From positions 3,316,578-3,380,577 of the forward strand of contig CP136572.1 of assembly GCA_035193785.1 (NCBI GenBank): a stretch of DNA of 64,000 nt. Reading direction: 5' to 3'. A program made the translations under genes and the position numbers. The notes under the pieces were generated by a model. The model ran no database searches. It saw only the letters and a list, made by a program, of their open reading frames with translations, and was not told the origin of the DNA. Of this stretch, positions 22,491 through 32,517 are shown piece by piece; within the stretch, counting starts at the first letter, position 1; every line of letters starts with the position of its first letter. The stretch is from Planktothrix sp. GU0601_MAG3. Its GTDB lineage: Bacteria; Cyanobacteriota; Cyanobacteriia; Cyanobacteriales; Microcoleaceae.

Positions 22491-23842
22491 TTAAACCGTA
22501 CAAATTTCGGTTAACGTAGTCACAAAATTCGGGTAAGAAATTCCGGCGGCTTCGGCACGGTGAATCGTGGTTTTTCCTTGACAATTCAAAGCGGCGATCG
22601 CTAAACTCATGGCAATGCGATGATCCGTGTCGCTATCAACTTCAGTCCCCGTTAAAGGGAAACCCCCAGTGATTTCTAAGCCGTCGGGACGTTCCCTAAT
22701 CCTAGCTCCCAATTGACTCATTTGAGTTGCCATTACCGTAATCCGATCGCTTTCTTTTACCCTTAATTCTTCCGCATCTCTAATAATAGTTGTTCCTTCA
22801 GCAAAAGCCGCAGCCACCGCCAAAATCGGAATTTCATCAATTAATCGGGGAATAATATCCCCGCCAATTTCACAGGCTTTTAACGCGCCATATTTCACTC
22901 GAATATCCGCCACCGGTTCCCCCGCCACAGTCCGTTCATTCTCTAATTGTAAATTCGCCCCCATTTTTTCTAAGGCTTCTAAAATCCCGGTGCGAGTTGG
23001 GTTAACTCCCACATTTTCTACTACTAATTCCGACCCCGGAACAATAGCCGCCGCCACTAACCAAAACGCCGCCGAACTAATATCCCCCGGAACCACAACG
23101 TGCTGACCGTGTAGTTCTGCTGGCCCTTTAACCGTTACACTAAAGGTATCCGGTTCAACGGTTAAATTCGCGCCAAAGGCCCTTAACATTCGTTCACTGT
23201 GATCCCGGGATAGGGCGGGTTCGGTGACGGTGGTTTCTCCTTCGGTCATCAACGCGGCTAACAGAATACAGGATTTCACCTGGGCTGAAGCAATGGGGGA
23301 AACATAATGAATCGGGCGCAGGGCTTGACCCTGAACCGCTAGGGGCGCATAAGACCCCCCTTGACGGCCCCAAATAGTCGCTCCCATCTGTTGTAAAGGT
23401 TTAGTTACCCGGGACATGGGGCGACGTACTAGGGAAAACTATCCCCGGTAACACTAAAAAATCGTCCGGGGTGGGAGGCGAGTATTCCTAACATTAACCG
23501 TAGGGTTGTACCGGAATTGCCCGCGTCTAAGACTTCCAGGGGTTCCTGAAGATTACCCAGTCCAATGCCTTTGACTTCTACCCGTTCGGAATTTAACTCG
23601 GAAATTTCCGCCCCCATCCGAGAAAAACATTCGGCGGTGCTCCGGGGGTCTGCCCCTAACAATAACCCTTCGATGGTAGTGACACCCTGGGCTAAGGCTC
23701 CTAACATTAAGGCGCGATGGGAAATCGATTTATCCCCAGGAATGCGAATGCGACCTTGTAAGGATAATCCCGATTTGGGGGGGTGTATTGTTAATATTTG
23801 CTCAGTTTCTGTATTTTCTGTTGTTACGATAGTCTCTTGCAT
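22491..23842 (-). CDS. aroA: EPSP synthase (apparent 2-base frameshift)
   Basis: [57 protein letters not shown] restored by GTTTTC to GTTC. Confidence 0.95.
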
Positions 23843-23949
23843 TTTATGATCTTAGATTAGGTCACCTATGGCTAAAGGTGATCCTACCGCTTTCTCGACT
23901 CTAAGCAAATTGGAAACGTCGAGAATTTTACCTAATTATGAGATGAGTT

Positions 23950-24435
23950 ATGTTAACACACTATCGCGTCCCCGTGAGTCTGTCTTTAGTTGCCATAGAC
24001 TTACCCCTTCGCTCTTTAATTGAGGGGTCAGCAACCCTCTATCAGAAGGAGCGTGATCAGTTCCATTTATTGTTACACGAACCAGCGTTAGTGGAATGGG
24101 AGCCTGATATTTTGCCCCTAGAAACGGCACACCCGCCCCAGAAACCCCGTCTATTGTGGCTGGAGGTGTCTCCCTATCGGGCGGTGATGACAATGCAGGG
24201 ACAGGGAAAATATAGTTATCGTCATTTGTGGCAACAGGGAATGTATGGCTTGAGTCGCTATTATTTACAAACGGATTTACAAGCGATGGCTGGTCAATTG
24301 CGTCTGCGTAATTTTACTCGCAAGTTGGAATTGGTCGGACATCCTCTACCTGAATATGTGCGTTTAGAATACGAACTTTGGTCAGAAAATTTACAAATGG
24401 GTCGTTATGTTTTAAGTTTAGAAATTCATCATTAG
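23950..24435 (+). CDS. Conserved cyanobacterial hypothetical protein
   Basis: 161-aa ORF divergent from aroA; RLLWLEVSPYRAVMTMQG, LRLRNFTR. Confidence 0.7.
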   Translation: MLTHYRVPVSLSLVAIDLPLRSLIEGSATLYQKERDQFHLLLHEPALVEWEPDILPLETAHPPQKPRLLWLEVSPYRAVMTMQGQGKYSYRHLWQQGMYGLSRYYLQTDLQAMAGQLRLRNFTRKLELVGHPLPEYVRLEYELWSENLQMGRYVLSLEIHH

Positions 24436-24504
24436 GGGTTGATAGTTGGTTAGTAAGAGAAAATAAGCTGTTTCTGGTATTTCCGTTGGCTTCTAAAGTG
24501 AGAT

Positions 24505-24999
24505 TTACGGCTTTTTACTGGGGCAATAATTTACTAATTCTTTGAATAATACCTCATTATTGGCAGCAATTTGTTTGGCTTTTTCTCCATTTTCTTTGAC
24601 ATTTTCTTGAGCCTCTAATAGTTGTTTTTTCCCTTCTGGAGTAACGGGGGCTTTCTCCGCAATGGTTAGGGCTTCAGCGATTTGTTTGAGACTATTGGAG
24701 AGGTCTTTAAACTGTTTGGTTGAGTTTTTTTGAAAGGTTTGTAGGGATTGATCTTTAATGGTTAGGGTTTCTATCTCCTTGGCAATACTGTTTAATTCTT
24801 GAGACAGTTGTTGTGTAGTTTTCCCATCTAATTTAGGACTGAGGTTAACTACTAGGGTTTGACCTTCATTGATCATATCGATTAGTTTGATGCAGTCGGC
24901 GGGTTTACTGCTACAACTGTTTAGGGAAAATGCGATCGCAACAACGGTTATGATCTTCGATAAATAGGGGTTAAAACGCAATCCTTCAGAATATTTCAC
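24505..24999 (-). CDS. Putative helical lipoprotein
   Basis: Lipobox-like SLNSC followed by a helical, charged body. Confidence 0.6.
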   Translation of the reverse strand: MKYSEGLRFNPYLSKIITVVAIAFSLNSCSSKPADCIKLIDMINEGQTLVVNLSPKLDGKTTQQLSQELNSIAKEIETLTIKDQSLQTFQKNSTKQFKDLSNSLKQIAEALTIAEKAPVTPEGKKQLLEAQENVKENGEKAKQIAANNEVLFKELVNYCPSKKP

Positions 25000-25133
25000 A
25001 ATAGTTTAAGATGTTTAGCTTTAATTACTGTCAGGTATTTGGGATAAAAAATCAAGAGTTATTTTTAAGATAATCGGATATCGAGGTTAACCGAGACGCA
25101 GAATAATAATGGTATTGATCAAAAATGCCATTA

Positions 25134-25617
25134 TTAATTATTTTCTTTTTCCTCTGTGTCTAAATTTTTGGATAATTCCATAAATTCTGATGTAGGAATC
25201 CGTAGATTGATTTGAAATACAATTTGATCTCGTTCAACATTAACGGTAGCAATATTCACGATACTTTTTTCAGGTAATATGCTATTAATCGGGATTTGAG
25301 GAGATATACATTTATAGCCGGATTGCTCTAACCAGTCAGTAATATTGCGCCAATTTTCTATTTTCTCATCCGTTTTATCTAAAAGAAACTTCACATATTT
25401 ATACACTGTAGTACAAAGATCCGTTTCTACACCCCTTGAAGTTTTGCCCAGTTGTTTCTGCAATCTCCGAAGGACTATAACCACAGAGTAATCCCCTTAA
25501 GTGTAATTTTTCAACAGGAGTTAAGTGTTTTCCCTTAGCTGAGGCAAGATCTTTATACAAGGTTTCCAAGTCCCAATATTTTGCAACTTGGCTAAACAGT
25601 TCATTAGGATTTTCCAT
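25134..25617 (-). CDS. Cyanobacterial HTH domain protein (one apparent frameshift)
   Basis: WDLETLYKDLASAKGKHLTPVEKLHLRGLLCGYSPSEIAEQLGK after removing one base at GTTTC about 25454. Confidence 0.75.
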
Positions 25618-25740
25618 GGGACTCTGTAAAAAAAAACACTAACTGGATTCTAACATTACTTCTAACGTTTGTCAGTAGATTATTAACTCAAAGTGCATTA
25701 TTCTAAAAAATATAAAGTACATCCAAATCACTATTTATCT

Positions 25741-26094
25741 ATGTCAACATTTGGATTTGATCAAATCAAAACAGCTTTAAGTCAAGCACTCGAAGGGTTA
25801 TCCGATTGGAGTTCATTAAACCGTTTTGATAAAGGTAAAGTTATCGATAAAACGTTTAAATCTCTCATGAGAGATTTAATGAAACAGTTTGGAATGGAAC
25901 CCGGTGTAGACTATGTTGACAATTTAAGTGACAATGCAAGAAGTGCAGATTTTGTTGCTTTATCTCAACAAGCAGATGAATTAATTAGAGGATTACTTGA
26001 CGGTAAAATCATTGCAATTTCTGGGCATAGTAGAATTAGTAAGTTAGGAAATGAGTTTAAAGTTCAAGCTCATTTTCGCAAAAAGGTAGCTTAA
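25741..26094 (+). CDS. Hypothetical protein
   Basis: 117-aa ORF MSTFGFDQIK...GHSRISKLGNEFKVQAHFRKKVA. Confidence 0.7.
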   Translation: MSTFGFDQIKTALSQALEGLSDWSSLNRFDKGKVIDKTFKSLMRDLMKQFGMEPGVDYVDNLSDNARSADFVALSQQADELIRGLLDGKIIAISGHSRISKLGNEFKVQAHFRKKVA

Positions 26095-26242
26095 AAAAAT
26101 TTCTAGTTGTGTAAAATTATGTGAGGTATTGATGGTTATATTTTATATAATTATTTGTACCTCAGAAAATTTGAAGCCGCTATAATATTGTCTACTTTTT
26201 ATCTTCAATCAAATCTTATCCTATTTACTTGAGGTAAAGTCA

Positions 26243-26581
26243 ATGAAACCTGTATATTTTAAAGATGGAAATTACATTTATGAGTGTAAATCTTCTCCTG
26301 AACAACAAGGTGGCCCTCTTAATACTAGAAGCCTGGAAATATGGACAGAAGATGTTAAAGCATTATTGAAGGAGCAGCAACCTACAGCGTTTCGTTACAT
26401 CTTTCCAGTGAATCGTGTTGACAATAGTAATAGAATCATTTTAGAAAAACTAAAAAAAGATTGTAGTAATGTTGATATACAATACTATGACTGTGATTCA
26501 GTAGATAATCTAATTAAAGCTTTGCAAAAAGTAAATAGCTTACCAGGGTTAGTTGAATATATCAAGCAAGCAAGGAAATAA
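26243..26581 (+). CDS. Hypothetical protein with an ExK nuclease-like motif
   Basis: GAGG RBS; DGNYIYECKS. Confidence 0.65.
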   Translation: MKPVYFKDGNYIYECKSSPEQQGGPLNTRSLEIWTEDVKALLKEQQPTAFRYIFPVNRVDNSNRIILEKLKKDCSNVDIQYYDCDSVDNLIKALQKVNSLPGLVEYIKQARK

Positions 26582-26585
26582 AAAA

Positions 26586-27066
26586 ATGACTCAATGTCTT
26601 CATTTCTTGAAAATTCAGTTTTTTACTGAACAATTCACTCAATCTATCGAATTCGATGATATTCTGAAAATGCTCAAGGTGCTTCTTGAAAATAAAAATT
26701 CATCACAGATTGAAGATTTAGATTCGCTTTTTGTTACTATAGATACAAAACTTTCGTCTATCTCCGCTTATGACAAAATAGAGAAATATTTCAGTACGGG
26801 TTTCTCAAATTCAGTTACATAAAGATTCGGGATATTACTTAGTTAATAAAGAACTATGGGAATCTATTAAAGATATCATCTTTGAACAGTCAAGAAAAGA
26901 GTTTGATGAGTTAAACAAATCTGCTAATCCAAAAGGTAAAAAATCCCAATCTAGTGCAGATAGTAGTAAAAATGATTTTCATAAAATATATGAAGATTAT
27001 TTCAAAGATTTAGCATTATTAGAAACTTGGTATAACAAAAAAATGCTAATAGTAGAGGTTTCTTAA
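26586..27066 (+). CDS. Hypothetical protein (one apparent frameshift)
   Basis: MTQCLHFLKIQ...; removing one T at GTTTC about 26800 keeps the frame open to TAA 27066. Confidence 0.6.
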
Positions 27067-27277
27067 CTCTTTAAGCAGACTTCAAGAAAATAGTGATCAA
27101 TACTAGAAGATAAATTAGGATAAAAAAACTTTAGGGAGACAGCAATAACGTCTCCCTGTATGAGTTGTGGAATTTAAACGATGTATTGGAAGGATAGCGA
27201 TCGCACATTCTCCTATTAATATTAATTTTAGTGAAATGGTGCGTGCATTGAAATACCCGCACCCTACTTTAATGGGT

Positions 27278-28936
27278 TTAACCTTCGATTTCATCCGGTT
27301 GCAATTCCTTGACTTTTTCAAAGGCTGCAACGGCTGCTTCTGTTTGTCCTAAATCCTGCAATGTCAGACCTTTATTATACCAAACATCGGCATCATCTGG
27401 TTGCAATTCCAGTGCTTGATTAAAGGAAATTAAGGCTTCTTCTAATTGTCCTAAATTGAGTTGTGAAATGCCTTGGTTATATAAGGCATTAAAATAATTA
27501 GGCTCTAATTGAATCGCCTGTTGATAGGATTCTAAGGCTTCTTCTAATCGTCCTAAATCCGATAGAGCGTTTCCGCGATTATTCCAAATATAGGGATCAT
27601 TGGGTTGCAAATCAACAGCAAGTTGATAGGATTTTAAGGCTTCTTCCATATTCCCTAAAACTTCTAAAACACTACCTCGATTATTCCAAGCATCTGCATA
27701 TTCGGGTTGCAGGATAATCGCCTGTTCAAAAGAGGATAATGCTTCTTCAATTCTCCCTAGACTTCTGAGGGTATTACCTCGATAAAACCAAACACAAACA
27801 TGATTTGGCTGTAGCTGAAGTATCTGATCAAATGAGTCTAAGGCTCCCTGAAAATCCCCAGCTTCATCTTGTTTAATTCCTTGCTCAAACCATTCTTTAA
27901 TCTCCGATGAAATCTCCTCAACTATTGGGTTAGTTTCGGGAATTATTTCCTGTGGATAACTAACGGGAGTTTCCTCAACTATTGGAGTAGTTTCGGGAAT
28001 TATATCCTGTGGATAACTAACGGGATTTTCCTCAACTATTGGGTTAGTTTCGGGAATTATTTCCTGTGGATAACTAACGGGAGTTTCTTCAACTATTGGA
28101 GTAGTTTCGGGAATTATTTCCTGTGGATAACTAACGGGAGTTTCTTCAACTATTGGAGTAGTTTCGGGAATTATTTCCTGTGGATAACTAACGGGAGTTT
28201 CCTCAACTATTGGAGTAGTTTCGGGAATTATTTCCTGTGGATAACTAATGGGAGTTTCCTCAACTATTGGAGTAGTTTCGGGAATTATTTCCTGTGGATA
28301 ACTAACGGGAGTTTCCTCAACTATTGGAGTAGTTTCGGGAATTATTTCCTGTGGATAACTAACGGGATTTTCCTCAACTATGGGGGTTTCTGCTTCTGTG
28401 GAAGTGGTGACACCACCCCCAATAAATTCTGCATTAATAATCGGAGAAACCTCAATATTCCCAGGAGTATTCACTGGAGTAGTAACCCCATCCTCGATAA
28501 ATTCTGCATCAATAATCGGAGAAAACTCGTTAATATTTGAAGTTATAACCTCGGTTTGTGGAGTTGATTGGGCTAAAATACTTCGACCAATACTTCCCGC
28601 CACATCTCCTAAATTACCAATATTCAGACCCGCTAAAAATACCAGGCGTCGTGCGAGTTCTTCGTGTTGGCTGGGTGTTTCCTGTAAACGAGTTCCAAAC
28701 CGTTCCAACCAAGACACTAACTCCGCTTCTTGTAGTCGATTACCAATTAACCAACCCTTAATTTGTCCCCGACTGCTAGTAGGTTGTAAGGTGTCCAACA
28801 GTTGCAAAAATAGGGCTTCATATTCCGTATCCGTGCGAGTTGGAGTTGTTTCGACCGATGGGGATGGAGGAGTAGGTTGTTTCCCGAACAGTCGTTGAAT
28901 CAGTCGTTTGAAAAATTGAATAATTCGGTGTAACAT
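27278..28936 (-). CDS. TPR protein with an internal 19-aa acidic tandem repeat
   Basis: About six C-terminal TPRs (WNNRG...EEAL.SY..A); repeat TTPIVEETPVSYPQEIIPE. Confidence 0.9.
   Translation of the reverse strand: MLHRIIQFFKRLIQRLFGKQPTPPSPSVETTPTRTDTEYEALFLQLLDTLQPTSSRGQIKGWLIGNRLQEAELVSWLERFGTRLQETPSQHEELARRLVFLAGLNIGNLGDVAGSIGRSILAQSTPQTEVITSNINEFSPIIDAEFIEDGVTTPVNTPGNIEVSPIINAEFIGGGVTTSTEAETPIVEENPVSYPQEIIPETTPIVEETPVSYPQEIIPETTPIVEETPISYPQEIIPETTPIVEETPVSYPQEIIPETTPIVEETPVSYPQEIIPETTPIVEETPVSYPQEIIPETNPIVEENPVSYPQDIIPETTPIVEETPVSYPQEIIPETNPIVEEISSEIKEWFEQGIKQDEAGDFQGALDSFDQILQLQPNHVCVWFYRGNTLRSLGRIEEALSSFEQAIILQPEYADAWNNRGSVLEVLGNMEEALKSYQLAVDLQPNDPYIWNNRGNALSDLGRLEEALESYQQAIQLEPNYFNALYNQGISQLNLGQLEEALISFNQALELQPDDADVWYNKGLTLQDLGQTEAAVAAFEKVKELQPDEIEG
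27914..28390. repeat. 57-bp coding tandem repeat, about 8.3 copies
   Basis: Near-identical units AACTATTGGAGTAGTTTCGGGAATTATTTCCTGTGGATAACTAACGGGAGTTTCCTC. Confidence 0.95.
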
Positions 28937-29083
28937 AAATAAACTCAGACAATATAGTTGTTATTAAGATTCTGGACAAAATAACCAGGATATCGGACAT
29001 AATACACCTTTTTGATTCGGTCGTTTTCCTCAATCCTTAGTGGCTAATATTTCCTTGGTATTGTCCTGTTTGTTGCCTGTTAA

Positions 29084-29365
29084 CTACATCATTCTTAATA
29101 ACCCCTGTTGACCGAGAAGCATTTCTCGCAACAAACTAAATAGTCCCACCCAAATAATCGGGGTGATATCCACTCCTCCCATGGGGGGGACGATTTTGCG
29201 GGTTAGGACTAAAAAGGGTTCGGTGGGCCAAACAATTAGGTTAAAGGGAAAACGCTGCTGGTTAACTTGGGGATACCAAGTTAGGACGATGCGGAAAATA
29301 AACAAAAAGGTCATCAAGCCCAGAATTAAACCCAAGCCCCAGGTTAAAATCGTTGTTGTATCCAT
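29084..29365 (-). CDS. YggT-family membrane protein
   Basis: FRIVLTWYPQ, WPTEPFL, GGVDITPIIW. Confidence 0.9.
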   Translation of the reverse strand: MDTTTILTWGLGLILGLMTFLFIFRIVLTWYPQVNQQRFPFNLIVWPTEPFLVLTRKIVPPMGGVDITPIIWVGLFSLLREMLLGQQGLLRMM

Positions 29366-29526
29366 AGGATCAGAAAAAATATCTTAAGTTTTGTTACTGT
29401 TTATCGGATCAATTTTAGCGGTTTTGGGAAGTTTTCTCATAAATAGAGGAATGTCTTCTCAAGATTGTGAAATTTTGTTAAACTGGTAAACCAAGAAATC
29501 AATCTAAGACAAGGATCACATTTGTT

Positions 29527-29647
29527 ATGACACCTTCATTAATGAACTTTTTCTATAGTTTGCTGGCTGGAATCCTAATTGTGGTAATTCCTGCAACTGT
29601 CGGTCTGCTCTTTATCAGCAAAAAAGATAAAGTCATTCGTTTCCTAG
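29527..29647 (+). CDS. psbX: Photosystem II protein X (not in the ORF track)
   Basis: MTPSLMNFFYSLLAGILIVVIPATVGLLFISKKDKVIRS; as read, an extra T moves the stop to 29655; yggT-psbX-ycf66 synteny. Confidence 0.9.
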
Positions 29648-29847
29648 ACTGGTGATCCAGGAACAGGTCTAGGCAGACTTGCCAAAATCCTGCTTGAACC
29701 TATAGACTTAGGGGCTAAGAATCAGAATTTGATCTGAATCGCTGGCCCCTAATGTTTATTTTTGCCAAAATACCCAGCCCCAAGCTCCGGTGATTAGAGA
29801 TTTTCCAAAGAAATCGCTAAAATAGGACTGGCATAGGAGAAAAGATA

Positions 29848-30672
29848 ATGGTTAATTTAGGTTTAAATTTCAGTAGCTTAGTGGGGATTGCCCTCGCGGT
29901 TTCTGGCGCTGGATTATATTTTCTGCGTTCTTGGCGGCCAAAACTGGCACGGGATCATGATATTTTCTTTGCCGCCATTGCTTTGCTCTGTGGCGGGATT
30001 CTGTTGTTTCAAGGATGGCGACTTGATCCAATTCTAGCTTTTGGTCAATTTTTATTAACTGGAAGTGCAGTTTTCTTTGCGGTAGAAAGTGTTCGCCTCA
30101 GAGGAATTGCCGTTGTCCAAGCTAAGGAACGAGGGCCAATTGTAGACGATGAACGCTATGTCAGTGACGTTTATCGGGTGGATGCAGAGTTAGACGAACT
30201 CGAACCAACGGGCGAATATCAGCCGATGGCCCGTCAAATTCGCGGGAGTCGTGATAGTCGTTTGAGCCGAGCCGATGCTTATGAGGATGATCCGGTTCGT
30301 CGGCGTCCCTCTAGTCGCAAAAGTAGCACCCTTGACTACCCGCCACCGGAGGAGCGTCCTCGCAAACGTCGTCCCCGTCCAGAATCTCGTCCAGAACCAA
30401 CCTCCGATTGGGGAGAACCCCCTAGAGAACGGCAACAAAGACCTCCCAAAAGTCGCTCTAACCGTCCCCCCGCAACGCCTGCGGTAGATCGGGAGGATTG
30501 GACAACTTCTGCTTCTGATGCACCCCGGTCTCGCCGTCGTCCCTCTGCTTCTTCGGAATATCGCTATTCTGAAGATCGCCGTCCGAATGATAATTCAACG
30601 GATTATGTTGAATATAGACCCGTGGACTATTCTGATGATGAGGTTGATAGTTCTTCTAATTTTGAACGATAA
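29848..30672 (+). CDS. ycf66: Ycf66 family protein
   Basis: GAGLYFLRSWRPKLARDHDIFF, QGWRLDPILAFGQFLL; Arg/Pro-rich disordered tail. Confidence 0.9.
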   Translation: MVNLGLNFSSLVGIALAVSGAGLYFLRSWRPKLARDHDIFFAAIALLCGGILLFQGWRLDPILAFGQFLLTGSAVFFAVESVRLRGIAVVQAKERGPIVDDERYVSDVYRVDAELDELEPTGEYQPMARQIRGSRDSRLSRADAYEDDPVRRRPSSRKSSTLDYPPPEERPRKRRPRPESRPEPTSDWGEPPRERQQRPPKSRSNRPPATPAVDREDWTTSASDAPRSRRRPSASSEYRYSEDRRPNDNSTDYVEYRPVDYSDDEVDSSSNFER

Positions 30673-30762
30673 AACCCATAAAAAATTAATCAAGGGTTTA
30701 GGAATTAGGTATTGGGGTTATATTGTTTCCCTACCTAGTTTCCTAATTTTTTTTTAATAGGG

Positions 30763-31015
30763 ATCACGGATTTAAGAGGATTTCACGGATTTCACGGATT
30801 TTAATCTGTGTTAATCTGCGTAATCCGTTTAATCCGTGATGCGGATTTTAATCTGTGTTAATCTGCGTAATCCGTTTAATCCGTGATACGGATTTTAATC
30901 TGTGTTAATCTGCGTAATCCGTTTAATCCGTGATACGGATTTTAATCTGTGTTAATCTGCGTAATCCGTTTAATCCGTGATACGGATTTTAATCTGTGTT
31001 AATCTGCGTAATCCT
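30763..31015. repeat. 47-bp tandem repeat (about 4.7 copies) built from 9-mer AATCCGTG-like subunits
   Basis: Unit CGGATTTTAATCTGTGTTAATCTGCGTAATCCGTTTAATCCGTGATA, preceded by inverse CACGGATTT 9-mers. Confidence 0.92.
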
Positions 31016-31041
31016 CCTTTTAAATATTATCTTATATTATC

Positions 31042-32242
31042 TTATCTCAATTTTACATTATTCAGAATTTCTAATGCTGCGCGATCGCAGACTCCTTCCT
31101 CTCCTAATGCTTGTTTCATCTGTTGATAGCGATTTAATATTTCTTGTCGTTTGGGTTGATTGGTTAGCAATTCTATCGCCTCTCGCACAATATTTTCAGG
31201 AGTCACTTCTTCTTGCACAAGTTCGGGAACAATGGCTTGCATTTGCACTAAATTAGTTGGGGATATAAATGGAACTGAAAAATTTAAGAAACGACGAACC
31301 AGCCAAGCTGTTAAATTACTTACTCGATAAACCACAACTTGAGGAACATTTAATAGGGCAATTTCTAAGTTAACAGTTCCTGATTTGGTAATTGCTAAAT
31401 CCGCGGCTGATATCACTTCTAAGGTTTGACAATTCCCTGATTTTGTCGAAACTAAAACCGCATTTAATTGATGGTTTTTAATCGCTGTTTCTATCGCAGG
31501 ATAATACTCGGGTAATGACACTGGAATCCAAAATTTGACCCCAGGAATTTTATCTTGAATTTGTCTGGCAGCTTTGAGTAAGATGGGCATTAAATATTTA
31601 ATTTCTTGCCATCGAGAAGCCGGAAGTAAGGCGATCGCAATTTCATCGGTTTCTATTCCTAATTTGATCCGAGATTCTTCTCGACTAGGAGCCATTTTCA
31701 TCCGGTCTAATAGGGGATGACCGACCCAAGTTACCTGAGCCCCTTTTGATTGAAAATAACGGGCTTCTTCAGGAAAAATTGCTAAAATTTTGTCAGTTAA
31801 CTTAACAATTCTTTCCGTACTCTTTGAACCCAATGACCACACCCATTCTTGCGGTGCAATATAATAGAAAATCGGCACCTGGGGTAAGTGATTTCTAATA
31901 AAATTTCCGATGCCAATATTTGGCCCCATATAATCAATTAAAATTACGATATCTGGAGGATGATTTTTTAGATATTGTTTGGTTTTTTGTTGGATTAAAT
32001 AAGTAGGGATAATATAGGGTAAAGATTCTAAAAGACCGACGGAAACCAATTCCGGTTGTATTCCCTAATAAAATTGATCCGGCTGCGGCCATTTGTTCCC
32101 CACCCAATGCTATAATTTCTATAGGGATATTTTGATTTTTAGCTTGTCTTAATAAGGCTTCAATTAACATTGATCCTTGTAGATCGCCTGAGACTTCTCC
32201 CGTACTAATAAAAATCCGCATAAGGGTTTGATTGGGACGCAT
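31042..32242 (-). CDS. lpxB: Lipid-A-disaccharide synthase (one apparent frameshift)
   Basis: STGEVSGDLQG, LIDYMGPN, YYIAPQEWVW, VGHPL, LLPASR, KSGTVNLE. Confidence 0.93.
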
Positions 32243-32517
32243 TAGAAATCAATAATTAATAACTTGAGGACGGACTAGAGCCGTTTTATTAATAACCTCA
32301 CTATGAATTATAGCCGTTTATTGAGTCCTTGCTGGGTTTTTCTGAAAATTAGATAATTCGGACAGGGTAAAAAACGATACAATCGTCACTCACATAAAGC
32401 AAGCATAGCCGTTTCTGTAGGAGTCCTGGGAATCTCAAAAAGTGATCTGGTTCAGGAACGTTTATACTCAGAATTAGGTCTTAGTCAGTAGACCTAGCTA
32501 ATAGTCTAACTCAAATA

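Noticed and set aside
30795..31015. 47-bp repeats as CRISPR
   Set aside because: Pure tandem repeat without spacers
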